The notes under the pieces: generated by a model
Databases searched by the model: none
What the model was told of the DNA's origin: nothing
The model's input: the letters and a program-made list of their open reading frames with translations, nothing else
Made by a program: the position numbers and the translations under genes
Part shown: one piece after another, positions 1 through 14,190 of the stretch
Layout: every line of letters begins with the position of its first letter
How positions within the stretch are numbered: the first letter of the stretch is position 1
NCBI RefSeq assembly: GCF_009914755.1
Contig: NC_060925.1
DNA from: the human T2T-CHM13v2.0 reference genome, Homo sapiens
Strand: one strand, 5' to 3'
DNA: 64,000 bases

Positions 1-390
1 CTCATCTACAGCAATAAACATTTAAGGCAATATCAATTTTAATAGCCAAAACTTTTAGTTTTTATCTTATTATTAGAACAATATAACTACGTAAAATGTT
101 TAACAGATTTCCCATATTTTCTTTGAGGAAACAATTCACTGACGAAACAGAGAAAGAGTCCTTATATTTGGTTTTAGTCAGCATACCATCTCACTCTAAA
201 ACTATTTGTCTCTACATAATTGTTTTTAATGTTTTTATGATTCTCAGCGTAGCCTGTGACAAACACATTCATGAATAATTAATAGGGCAATGACACTCTC
301 TACCTCTGTATGGACAAGTCCTGTAAAATCTGTGTTAGACAGAGGGAACTATTCTGACCCAGCTGATATTTTCTTTCTACGCTACATTCT

Positions 391-883
391 TTTTTTTTCT
401 TTTTTTGCCATTTAAATATTTATTATTATTATTTTTTAATTATACTTTAAGTTCTGGGATACATGTGCAGAACGTGCAGGTTTGTTACATAGGTATACAA
501 GTGCCATGGTGGTTGGCTGCACCCATCAACCTGTCACCTACATTAGGTATTTCTCCTAATGCTATCCTCCACAACAGGCCCCAGTGTGTGATGTTCCCCT
601 CCCTGTGTCCATGTGTTTTCATTGTTCATCTCCCACTTATGAGTGAGAACATGCAGTGTCTGGTTTTCTGTTCCTGAGTTAGTTTGCTGAGAATGATGGT
701 TTCCAGCTTCATCCATGTCCCTGCAAAGGACATGAACTCATCCTTTTTTATGGCTGCATAATATTCCATGGTGTATATGGTAACATTTTCTTTAACCAGT
801 CTATCACTGATGGGCATTTGGGTTGGTTCCAAGTCTTTGCTATTGTGAATAATGCTGCAGTAAACATACGTGTGCATGTGTCT
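391..883 (-). mobile_element. 5'-truncated L1PA (approx. L1PA7/8) 3' end
   Basis: Antisense L1 3' UTR (TATACTTTAAGTTCTGGGATACATGTGCAG...) and the ORF2 C-terminus (TCTRMFTAALFTIAKTWNQPKCPS). Flanked by TSD TCTAYGCTACATTCT at 376-390 and 881-895. Confidence 0.92.
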
Positions 884-1744
884 ATGCTACATTCTAAGGA
901 CTCATCAGTGTCACAAAAGGAGTGAAGCATTTTTTGTTGTTCACAACTTCCATGTGCAATAATAAAAATAATACTTAAATAGTTTCACAACAGGCTTTCT
1001 TCAATTTGTCTGATTTGCTTTTCTTGATAAATTTCCCTCCTCCATTCTCTAGCACCAGTTTACTGATGAGGAGACTGAGGTTACACAGAGCACGACATAT
1101 TTTTCAGTGGCTGCGAGCGTACTAGTATCTGTGACTTCCAATCTTTCTAAGATAGCAGTATGTAATTTTCCAACCAATAGTTTCATGGAGACAGGCAGAA
1201 TGAGTACATGTATTTCTGGACTTGCTCTATTTAAAAAGCCTCGTTTTTACATGTTTATATACTCAGGTTTTGTGTAAGACTGTATTCTACATATAAATAA
1301 TACGCCACTAAAAAAATACATAAAGACAGTGACATCATTATGCTACAATATACGATATACTGACTTCATTACTATTTTCTGATTTTATGGATAATAATGA
1401 AGATTATATTAATGCAGATGAAGTTAAGACATCAGGAACAGAAATGGATGGCTGTCATGTTCAAAGTAAATTAGACTAAAAATAAATCTCAAAATGGTAA
1501 AAATATTACTTGCAGTCATTGTATTCTACCTGGTATGTCAATTTTTTGGTTTTTGGTGTTATTATTTTGCCAATAGAAAACATATGTTGACACCATTGTT
1601 TACTAGCTTGTAAAGAAAAAGTTGAAACTGTTGGTACAATTCAAAAAACTTTCAAAATGAAAATAGAGGAAAAACTATTTTTTAGTTTTGATTACTAATA
1701 AATTCTAAATATTTCTCCTCAATAGCTCACGTTTTCTATGTGTA

Positions 1745-2267
1745 CAATAGTTCCCTCTTCTCACAGGTTTTGCTTTCTGTGGTCTCTGTTACCAGTGGCC
1801 AACAGTAGTCCAAAAATATTAAATGGAAAATTCCAGAAATAAGCTATGTAAAAGTTTTAGATTGTGCACTGCTCTGAGTAGCTTGAGGAAATCTCCTACT
1901 GTCCTGCTCTGCCTCACCGGGGACATGAATCATCCCTTTGTTGCATACCCTACTCACCTGTTAGTCATTTATGAGCCATCTCATTTTTCAGATAGATGGT
2001 GGCAGTTATCTCAGTGTCAGTGTGATCATTATTTTACCTAATAATCATCCCAAAGCACAAGAGTAGTGATACTCAAATATTGTTATAATTGTCATCTTTT
2101 ATTATTATCATGGTTGATCTCTTACTGTATCTGATTTATAAGTTAAACTTCATCATATGTATATATAGAAAAAAACATAGAATATGTAGGGTTCAATACT
2201 ATCTGAAGTTTCAGGCATCCACTGGGGGTCTTGGAACATATTCCTCCCAAATAAGGGAGGACTAGTG
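1745..2267 (+). mobile_element. MER44(B)-like Tigger-family non-autonomous DNA transposon
   Basis: Terminal inverted repeats CAATAGTTCCCTCTT...AAGGGAGGACTAGTG with TA on both sides. Internal TCCAAAAATATTAAATGGAAAATTCCAGAAATAA and CAGGCATCCACTGGGGGTCTTGGAAC. Confidence 0.8.
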
Positions 2268-3530
2268 TATATAGCATCTAGGTGCTGTATGTATATTCTA
2301 TTCTTATCACAGCAAAATAATTTAGTACAAATCTAATAAAATGTTGAGTTCTGAGACTCTAATAAACTGTTCGTTTTATTCTGCATAATTCTGAGAAAGT
2401 TAAAGACCATTTTCCCTTCACAACCTCATTGATTATTTTTTATTTATATCTCTGGTCTCACCTGCCAAAACAGGACTGACTTGTTTGCTTTGTATCTCTC
2501 TTGACCTCTGGCAGACAGAAAGTCAGAAATCTATGTACCTTAGTCTGGCCATGGGAGCCAATATCCCAACCCTGCAGCTGCTAATGTGCAATGCTATTTA
2601 CATACGCATGATCCCTGTTTTCCTCTTGGCCACCCCTTGTGTACACTCTGTTGTGTCAATCAGTTGCATATGTTTTCACAGGAGGCAGAATCAAAGTGGT
2701 AACCATCTACCATATGTGACTATGCCATATGTGACTCTATCCTTTTCTATTGCTTTCCTGAAAATGAATACATGAGATGCATTTTACCCACACATTTTGT
2801 TTTCATGTGTAACATTAGCCACAAATGATATTTAGGCTACCCAAAATGTTAAACATCACCAGGGCTTTGGGCTTCAAGATGAGATGCTAACAAGTTATCA
2901 ACTGAATTCCAACAGCTAGGTCACTATTCTACCACTTACTATTCACACTTGTCCTTATTTTCATCTTAATGAGGTGTCGGGTTTCAGCAATTCAATCGGC
3001 ATCTGCTTTCAATGTAAAATTTCAAGAGATGATAAGATGAGGAAGTAAATACCTCCTTACTCTTGGACAATTTTCTGAAATCTAGTCCCTGGTGACCCTT
3101 TGGTGTAACTGAATCTTGAGGCATGTATGTGCTAATGAATAAGCTGTCTTTGCTGACACATTTATAAATTAATGCCTGAAGTAGAAAAGGAAAAATTTCG
3201 CTGTAATTTCGGGTGCTGGCTAGTTGACCTAAGGATGCCTAAAACCTATGGTGTGAATGCTTTCACATCTGTAAATTTGTTAAGGGAGCTATAACAAAAA
3301 AGGAACGAAGCGCTGCTTTGTTACTATCTATTTTCTAATATCCTTCTATCAAAGTTCTGGTAAATATTGGTTGGAGAACACAATTTGGCCTCTTTGTCTA
3401 AGTGGTGATGACACATGATCTCAAATCCTGTTCTTGGAAGCTAACCCTTATTTGGCTAAATGTATAGGCAGACATCCAAAGTTGTGAGAAGCACATTAGG
3501 GCCTATCTACAAAGAGAGACTCCGTATATA

Positions 3531-3570
3531 ACACACACTCATACACACACACACACACGCACACACACAC
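3531..3570. repeat. (CA)n microsatellite
   Basis: Interrupted ACAC run seen directly. Confidence 0.9.
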
Positions 3571-6114
3571 CTTTTAATGTACAGACTACTTCCATTAGTA
3601 AATAGTGTCCTAAAATTTGAACATTTGTTCAATCTGTGAAGTACTCCAATTTCTTTTGAAAGAACAAGAAGTGTTAGGATTGAAGGAAATGTTCTTAGCT
3701 TAAAGAACAGAACCAGAACCTTCTACTCTTATATTTATTTTTGTCTTCCTTTAACCCATATAATTCCATAAAGGATTTGGGATAATATTTTTGCTTGTCT
3801 AGTTATATTTACTTGCTTCTAAAACAGTTTAAAGATAACTAAAGTTTGAAGTCAGTTAATTTCCCTATAACATTTCTGAGCATTTTATTAATTTGGTCTG
3901 AAGATTGTTTAAATTATGCTCTTCCTCTTGATTATTACAAAGGCTTTACTTGCTTGTTAAGAGATAAAACCCATTATATATTCTTCATTTACTAAGCATC
4001 TAGTATTTTTCACAAATTAAATGATTATTGCTATTACTAGTGATAATATAAGCTACCAAGTTCAGTAATGGAGACTTTGGAAAGTATGGCTCTAGGAATT
4101 TGTGGAGTAGGTGCCAGATATTGCCTTTTTGGCTCTTTCTTATATTCAAATCAAATGCATTTCTCTTTCACTCTGCTCTATTATAATATTTGTTTGTACT
4201 TGCTCTCTATATTCATTTAATGTTACTTACTTTTTGGTACAATTCTAAATTTATATGACATTTAAATTTGCTTGTTGATTTTATACTTTTTAAAATCTCA
4301 AATAGATAAAATACAATCAAGTAATAAACTGTTCTGATTTATATAAGAAATGTAACAAAATATTTTTAAAAGATTAAGATATTACACTCTGTAATGTTTT
4401 CCACCTTCATTGGCATCTCAGAAATAAACAGTATTTTACTTTATTAATACATGATTTTTCTTAACAAACTACAAATTATCTCCTTAGTCATTCTCAATAA
4501 ATACATAAATCTTTCATCAAGCTTTCCTCTTCCTGGAATTATACAGATGAAAATATGGCTCTATAAATCCCACTTTACTGAAGTATAATAATAGTGAAAT
4601 CAATGTCTTAGAAAAAAATGCAGCTATCCAGTGTCTGTTTAATAACCATTGAACAACAAAATCTATAGGGAAATATTTTTCCCAGTCTCCACGGGATGTA
4701 CTGAATCAAAGTATTTTCATTAAAACTAATATGAAATGGCAGAAAATAGAGAAAAGGAGAATGCTTCTTGTTTATTTTACTTATTTCTGCCACACATTAT
4801 ATATTGATGAAGCAATTTTAAGGGATGTATGCATGATATAATACAATGGAATTGACTTTTCTTTTTCATAACCACACGCACATTTTTACATCTGCAACAA
4901 TATGCTTTTTGAATAGCTACCTGTAGTTAATTTCAAGTTCTCATTGATCTTTGGTGGCCTAGACAAGTTAAAGTGATGATAAAACAGCCAACCTGAATTA
5001 TCAGCATACTAAGTAGAACATGAAAACTTGGTTATGCACACTCATCTCTGATAATGTATAGTGGCAGGCACCAAATTTAAAAATATATTGCATGTTTTTC
5101 AAGCCAGAACAGATTGCAATGCAGAAAAAAAATTTGTTTCTGTTCTTTTGAGTTTGAGTTGCACAAATATTTATTTAAAATAGTAGCAATCAAATAAGCC
5201 ATGAAAAAGAACTCAAACAATGCCCCATATTTAAGTGTATCCAATAAAAATATTTAGAAGATTTAAAATAAAATTGACCAAATATTAAATTACATATATA
5301 CTGCAGAAAACATTTTTTTTTTTTTTGCATTTCACCACTTAGAGCAGACGTGTAGAGGGAAAATGTTCTTATGTATAATTCAATGTGACTCCAAGGTAGC
5401 AGTAAATTCTACAGAGAATTTTTGAAAGAGATTTAGGCAGGAAAGCAGATGGATCACACTGGGTCATGTTAGACAGGATAAATATTATGGCTCCTCTTCT
5501 GCCACAGAAAATAGGAAAACCATAGAGCTATACAATGCTGATGCTTTTTGAAAATCGGCAGCTACCTTTAGGCAGGAAAGATGAAGTTTTTCACTTTTTC
5601 TTAAGGGTTTGAAATGGGCTTTTTGTCAAGAAATGTTCTCTGTGATCATTCTAAATAAATACTAACTAAAATCAATCTCAGACCTCAGTCCCATATCTTT
5701 CCTAGCAGTGGACTGGCTTTTAGAGCTCTTATTGACAAACAGTAAAGCGCCAATTTATAACTCTCTATGGTTAAATGGAAATAAAAATAAAAAAAGCTAC
5801 TTCATGGGAAAAAGCAATTTTAAAGTGAAAAGATTGTCCAAGTGAAAAAGAAAAAAAAAAAAAACCCTAAGTTGTGGCAAGTCAGCAACATGCTAGAAAT
5901 TAGAAGAGAAAAAGTAATTTAAGCAAAGAATAGTAGGATACTCTTCACTGTTTCAAAGTTATAATGTCAGACCAAGAATTCAAGCATTTCCATTTTGAAA
6001 TATTTAAACTGTTTTCCACAACTCTCTCATATACATTATATACTGCCTTGTGAGGTTTTGGCAGGGTCTATTTTTGTCAATATCTTATTTTTCCTTTTGT
6101 ATGGTCATCTTTCT

Positions 6115-6323
6115 GAGCATGAGCTGGAACCAGATTTTGTAACCAGCTTTCCAGAGCTGACTGTGAACATCTCTCTTAAAGTTGGCATTCAGTAAATATC
6201 AAGTTGATAGCTTGAAATCAACCATAGTCATAATATTTATATAAAAGAAGACCACAAAAACTTCAAATAAGGGCTTTTCTCCCCACAGAAAGCCAACTGT
6301 TAAATGTTTACCTACACATCAGT
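6115..6323 (+). mobile_element. MER63A-like hAT (Blackjack) DNA transposon
   Basis: AGAGCTGACTGTGAACATCTCT...TTGATAGCTTGAAATCAACC...AAGCCAACTGTTAAATGTTTACC resembles the recalled MER63A consensus. Confidence 0.6.
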
Positions 6324-7192
6324 ATATATATCTCTACCGTAGATAGCCAAGTATAATGCTTAATAAAGATTCAATAAATATTTTGGAATAAAAATATTGA
6401 TGTTTGGAACCACATAAGTATCTACATAAATTTAAGTTAGAAGGTATGATTTATTTATGCTTTAAATTATTTTCATAACTATCTCTACGAATGATCTTTT
6501 TTAAAACTGTCTTGAAAATAATATGGAAAATAGTATGCTGAAACTTATGGGCTTGTGGTTAATGATCCAGCTCTGCCACCAGTAATAACCTGAGTGGTTT
6601 CTTTTTCCCCCTCACCTCTATGGACACTAAGGGAAAATGAAATAAAACAGTGCAACTTAGAGAATTTATACATTATACAGGACTCTATTAATGTAGAGCT
6701 TATAATAATGTCATTATTATAAGAAGCTGCCTAAATATGGGAAGTAGACAGAAAGGAAAAAGGTATACTCACATACCAATGAGGAACAGAAGCTAAATTC
6801 TTCATATTCACATTGTAATTGCTACAGCAGGAACAATGCACAAAAATATATCTAACCAGTATATGTTTAAAAATACTAAAATACAGATCTAAAGTGAAAA
6901 AAATCTGACAGAACCTTGATGTTTGAGTGAACTGACAGAGGAGCAGAAGATGAATTTTTATGTCAGAAGTAGTTGAGTAATACAAGTAAAATAAAACTGT
7001 GCTCCAAACTCTCAAAATTTCATATTGACAACCCTTGGTCTTAATACCTCTTTTGGCCTAAAGAAAAACAACATAAAAATAGTTATAGGTATTAAATTAT
7101 CTTGATCCTGACAAGTAATAACCTGAAGAAGACTGCACGGTTATTTGCCTAAGTAGTTAAGAGAGTGTTAAAAGAAAATAAATAATATTTTA

Positions 7193-7880
<688 letters not shown>

Positions 7881-8639
7881 TTACAGATATGCATGTATAT
7901 ATGTATGTATAAATATATATTTATATATGCATATACATATATATACACATACATATTTTTAAAGCCTTTTTTATGGGGAAAGACAAACATATGGTACATT
8001 TTTAACAAAATTTTGTTCAAAGCAAGAATTATAAAAAATTTTTAAATATATTTTAAAATAGACTATTAGAATCAATGGAGTGAATGTTATACATTTAAGA
8101 CGTTTGTATAACGATTATGAATTTAACTGTGTGCATGCTTTTGATACAGTATTGGAACCATATATGCTGCTTAAGACATGACTTTGTAGATGAACATAGG
8201 TTGAAAATTTTCTTCATGATCCTCTTGGCCTAGATTTTTAACTTTAAAGCAGCAGATTTATGTTTTGCCTTGTGTCCTAATTCTATCACTAACAACTAGA
8301 TCTGGGCCTGCCACACAGAAAGCACCCAACGAATATTTGTTAAATAAATATTGAATTACTTTATTGACTAAACTCTCCATTACACACTATGTGTGCATAA
8401 TCGCTTTAATAATTACTCTTTGAGCATGTCTTGTTACCTTGACCTCTTTTAAATTCCAACTATTCTATATTCCACAGATTTCAAGTCATCCTTGAGGCAC
8501 TTTGTTTGTTGTTGTTTAATTTGTTTTTATGTCAGCATATTAGTTTTCCCATTATCAGGTGGGCTTCAAAATAAAGCACTTGCTCCAAGATCATACTTTT
8601 GCCCCATCATTGCTCAAATACGAAGATACATTATTTTCA

Positions 8640-9375
8640 TATTTTTGCTGCTTACAGGCTGGTCCAAATTTTTATTATCTCTTGCTTGGATTATTGCAAT
8701 CATCTCCTAAAATGTGTGCAAACTTCTACTTGACATGCTCCACTATGGTCTATTTTCAATACAGCAATCAGCATGATACTTTAAAAACGGAAGTCAAAAT
8801 ATGTTCCCTATTTGAGCTGAACCTTCCAAGAGTTCACATCTCATTCAATGTCAAAACCTAAACCTTTACACTGCCAACAAGACTTACATCTTTTGTCCTT
8901 AATGCCTCTCTGATCTGATCTGTTTGTCCTTCTCCCATTCTCCCTTTGGCACAAACTGGTTCCCCCTTTGTTGGTTCTTAAACCCTACAAGCACATTCTC
9001 TCCTTAGAGATTTTAAGCCAGCTGGAAGTTACCTCTGCCAAGAACATTCTTCCCCAAAGATGTCTACTTGAACAACTCCCTTACTTCCAACAAGTATTGG
9101 CTTAAATATTATTACCTTCTTTGGAAGGCCTTCTCTGACATCTCCATTTAAAATTGTCAATTGCCACCTCCCCTTCCCCAGCATGCCCCACCCTGCTTCT
9201 GTTTTATTTTACTAATTGTAAACATTTCCTTTGATTTCCTAACATTTACCCCCACTTATTCTAATTCTCATGTAAGAGAATGCAAAGTATGTAAGAGAAA
9301 ATATCTATTTGCACCACTGTTTCCAGCATATAGTAAGCACCAGATATTTCATAAATAGATAAATGAATGAATAAA
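8640..9375 (+). mobile_element. L2 (L2a-like) 3' region
   Basis: TCTCTTGCTTGGATTATTGCAAT... motif and terminal AAATGAATGAATAAA. Confidence 0.7.
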
Positions 9376-10526
9376 TATTAATAACATTAGGGATATAAAT
9401 TAAAAATTATGAACTTCAAAATTAAGCTCTTAATTCTTGTAGTCAAAGGACCTGATTTCTAATCAAACTTCCAACAATACTTGGCTTTAGCAACTGCTAA
9501 GAGCCAACAGTCTTCAGAGGATCGATTTATTTGGAGAATTAGTGTTAATTCTGAGTATCTCCCTGTGATAATCAAAATGCTGCAGAACTATCTTCAGGAA
9601 ACCTATAGATACATGAGGGATCAGTTTTTAAACTCTTTGGAATCCTTTCCTCTTTTTTCTACTGTTAAAGTTTGTCTATAATTAGTGCTGAGTTCAAATG
9701 ATAGCTCTTTCATGAAAAGGAATTCCCAATTGGGTATGAATTTTCCATATCTCAGTCTTGCTTAGCATCATAATTTCCACATTGTACTTATTAAATACTT
9801 TTGAATTACATCTATATTGTACTAGCTATACCTTTAATTATTAGGCATTCAGTCTTTAAATATTTGGCACTAGTGTTTTGCACACTGACTTAATCATAAC
9901 AGGCTCTTAAAAATATTTTTTATTGAACATGAAGAGACTCAATTTGTTATTTGATCAAATTTTAAATTTTCTTGTTTACCAACTTTCTTTTGTTTAGAGC
10001 ATAATTCAGAAACATGTGATATAGAATAAAGGAATAAAAATGACAAATATTAAGTAAATGTTCAATGTGTAATTCTAGAATTCTGTATTGAAGCAACTTG
10101 GGAAAAAACATATCAAAAGACAATTTTTCAAAGGTCATTTTCGATTTGGAGAGATGGTTTTAAGATACAAATCAAAGAATATGTTCACTGAAATTTACAT
10201 GAAAGTTGTACCTTTACAAGAAACATGAAAGACAATGCACTCCAAAGGAAAGAAATGAAAGTGTCTCCTTCCATTTCTTGAACCTTCATGGCACCTATTT
10301 TTTTAAAAAGATAAAATAGTTAATATGATTTTATGTTTCACAGCTGTAATTAGAAGTTATAGGACACCAAAAAACAGAACTCATAGGACCTACTTTTAAA
10401 TTATATTCAATGTATTTCCACCTTCATTTATAAAAAGAATAAAAAATATACACAACTAAACATATACTACTATCATTAAACATTGTTGAATGATGGAAAG
10501 TGTTAGTGCTTATTTAAATGTGTTTA

Positions 10527-12854
10527 CAGGCATACCTCATTTTATTGTGCTTCCTTTCATTGCACTTTAAATATTTTGTATGTGCATATTTTTTTTTAAC
10601 AAATTAAAGGTTTGTGGCAATTCTGTGCAGAACAAGTTTATCATTGCCATTTTTTCCAAAACATGTGCTCATTTCATGTCTCTGTGTTACATTTTGGTAA
10701 TTTTTACACTATTTCAAACTTTTTAAAATTATTATGATTATGTCTCTTATGGTGATCTGTGATGAGTGATTTTCGATGCTATTTGGTTGATGCAAAGGTA
10801 ATTGCGGTTTTTGTCATTACTTTTAACGGCAAAGCTGTAATTACATTTGTACCAACCTAATACTATTGTAATTGATTCAGGGTGCCAAAACTATGCCCAT
10901 ATAAAACAGAAAATTTAACCAACAAATGTGTGTGTTCTGATTGCTCCACTTACTGGCCATTGTCCTGTCTCTTTTCCTCTCCTAAGGTATCCCAATTTTC
11001 TGAGACAGAATAATATTGAATTTAGGCCAGTTAATAACTCTACAATGGTCTCTAAGTGTTTAAGTGAAAGGAAGAGTCAAACTTCTTTTACTTTAAATTA
11101 AAAGCTAGAAATACTTAAGTTTAGTGAGGAAGTCATGCTGAAATCTGAGACAAGCCAAATCTAGGCCTCTTAAAATAGCCAAGTTGTGAATGCAAAGAAA
11201 AAATTTTTGAAGGAAATGAAAAATGCTATGCCAGTCAACATATGAATGATAAGAAGGCAAAATAGCCTTATTGCTGATAAGAAAAGAGTTTTAATGGTCT
11301 GAATAGAAGATAAAAGCAGTGAAAACATTCTCTGAGTCAAAGCTTCGTCCAGAGCAAGACCCTATCGGTCTTCAACTCTATGAAGCCTGAAAGAGATGAG
11401 GAAGCTTCAGAAGAAAATTTTGAAGCTTGCAGGAGTTAGTTCACAAGGTTTAAGGAAAGAAGCCATCTCTATAACACAAAAATACAGGATGAAGTAGCAA
11501 GTGCTGATGTAGAAGCTGCAACAAGTTACCTAGATGATATAAGATAATTGATGAAGGTGATTACACTAAACCACAGATTTTCAACGTAGACAAGTCAGCC
11601 TTAGACTGATGCCAACGAGGACTTTAATAGCTAGAGACAAGTCAATGGCCACTTTTAAAGCTTCAAAGGACAGGCTGTCTCTATTATTAGGGACTAACGC
11701 AACTGTTGACTTTAAGTTGAAGCCTATGCTCATTTACCATTCTAAAAAGCCTAGGGCTCTTTAGAATTATACTAACTCTACTCTGCCTCTGCTGTATAAA
11801 TGGGACAGCAAAGCCTGTATGACAACACATCTATTTACAGCATGGCTTACTGAATAGTTTAAGCCCACTCTTGAGACCTACCACTGAGGAAAAAAGATTT
11901 CTTACAAAATATTACTGCTCATTGACAATGCATTTAGTCACCCAAGGGCTCTGATGGAGATGTACAAGCAGATTAATATTGTTTGTATGCCTGGTAACAC
12001 AACATCCATTCTGCAGCCCATGGATCAAGGAATAATTCTGAGTTTCAAGTCTTATTATTTAAGAAATATATTTCAGAAGGCTATAGCTAACACAGATATT
12101 GATTCCTTGGATGGATCTGGGTAAAGTAAATTGAAAATCTCCTGGAAAGGGTTCACCATTCTAGATGCCGTTAAGAACATTTTGTGATTCATGAGAAGGG
12201 GCCAAAATATCAAGATTCAGAGGAATTTGGAAGAAATTGATTGCACCATCATGGATGACTTTGAAGGGTTCAAGGCTACAGTGGAAGAAATCACCGCAGA
12301 GGTGATGGAAATAGCAAGAGGACTAGAATTAGAAGTGGATCCTGAAGATGTGACTGAATTGCTGCAATCTCATGACAAAACTTTAATGAATGAGAAACTG
12401 CTTTTTATGGCTGCGGAAAGGAAGTGGTTTCTTGAAATGGGATCTCCTGGCAAAGATGGTGTAAACATTCTTTAAATGGCAACCAAAGATTTAGAATATT
12501 ACATAAACTTAGTGCATAAAGCAGCAGAAGGGTTTGAAAGAGTCAACTCGAATTCTGATTTAAGTTCTACTGTGGATAAAATTCTATCAAACAGCATTGC
12601 ATGCTACAGAAAAAGAAATTTTTTGTGAAAGGAATTTAATCAATGCAGCAAACTTTATTGTCGTTTTATTTTAAGACATTGCCACAGCTACCCCAATCTT
12701 TAGCAACCACCAGCATTATCAGTCAGCATCCATTAACATCAAGGCGAGACTCCCCACCAGCAAAACAATCGTGACTTGCTAAGGTCTCAGATGATTGTTA
12801 GCATTTTTAGCAATAAAATAATTTTAAATTAAGGTATTTACTTTTTAAAGACAT
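10527..12854 (+). mobile_element. Tigger1 DNA transposon, near full length, right TIR missing, transposase decayed
   Basis: TA|CAGGCATACCTC left TIR. Pogo-like transposase remnants (ATTCTGCAGCCCATGGATCAAGG = ILQPMDQG; ORF 12191-12475 ...ELEVDPEDVTELLQSHDKTL). Confidence 0.93.
10782..10860. mobile_element. MADE1 (Hsmar1-derived MITE) nested in Tigger1
   Basis: 79-bp palindromic TTTGGTTGATGCAAAGGTAATTGCGG...TAATTACATTTGTACCAACCTAA with TA duplicated at 10780-10781 and 10861-10862. Confidence 0.92.
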
Positions 12855-13892
12855 TTTCTTCAGGTTATTTCTCATCAGCTCAATTGCATATCTACCCATC
12901 CCATACTCCTTTTATATCATTATTTTTGAACCAGTAATGAAGGAATATTTTTGATCTCCTGAATTTTCAAATGATTCAAGTAGGATTAGAAAAGGAAAAT
13001 GTGAAATATTGTGCCATGAATTAATGTGCATTTCAGACACAACTAAAATGAATTCGGTATGCTAGGCATGAAAAGTGCCTTCTGTATCTATATTTACCTA
13101 TGTCTTTATCATCAATTTATAAATGGATAATATATAAATAAATGGTATATCTAATACAGATATAAATATAGACACGCCTTGAATATTATGTTCCATTAAA
13201 CTTATGAATGGTGACTATCTCAAGAGAGAAGATGAGTCATAATATTCATGTTGTTGGATTTCACAAACATATTAGTTTTTCTCATTCACAGAATAAGAAT
13301 GGGAGCTTTAGGGCTGGAAAGTTGAGGCCTCCTCAACTATGTTGTTAGTAGAAATTTATTTCAATGCTTGGGTGGCTATCACTAAGCTTAAAAAGATGCA
13401 GGCAGGAGGAGTTCTACATGAGAAACAGCAGTGGCTTTTATCTGCAATATCACAACTAAAAAATTATATATTTCTAAATACTCATGACAATGAGAGAAGA
13501 TATTAATCAGAGGCAGCTTATCTTTACAAAAAATCTGAAAAATAATATTAAATATCTAATTACTTTATACAGCCAATCTTAAAAAGATTTTGGCAAGAAA
13601 TAGCAAAATTCATAATCCATCTATCCATTCAAAGATGAACCCTAAAGAATTTTATAAAATTGTAACATACATAGCAAATAGAAAGGATTGAAAAAGGAGT
13701 GGTTTGGGGGATATTAGAAGATGTATCAAGGAAAATTATGGATGCAAAGGAACAGATAGTCAACAAGAAACGTGATGAATGAAGTAGGATCAATAAATTT
13801 AGCTCACTCAGAAAAAGAGAACCCAAATTAGTTTTTTTAAAAGTCCAAAAATTCACCACCAGCCGCTAAGTAGGAAAGACAGAAACTACAGT

Positions 13893-14190
13893 CTGAGAAG
13901 TTGGATTTTATTAAAATTAAAAACTTGAGCTCTGTGAAACAGACTGTTAAGAAAATGAAAAGACAAGCCAGAGACTGATAGAAAATATTTGCAAAACATA
14001 TATTTGATAAATGACTTGCATCCAAAATATACAAAGACCTCTTAAAACTAAACATCTGGGATACAAATTATCCAATTAAAAATGGGCAATAGATCGATAG
14101 ACCTCACTAAAGAAGATATATAGATAGAAAACAAGCATAGGAAAAGATAATCGACATCATATGCCACTAGGGAAATGCAAATTAAAACAC
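13893..14190 (+). mobile_element. Old L1M (MB/MC) ORF2 3' fragment
   Basis: AAAATGAAAAGACAAGCC...GAAAATATTTGCAAA...GGGAAATGCAAATTAAAAC. Confidence 0.8.

Noticed and set aside
12191-12475. ORF as a domesticated TIGD-like gene
   Set aside because: It is a short C-terminal remnant of a Tigger1 transposase with many upstream stops and frameshifts.
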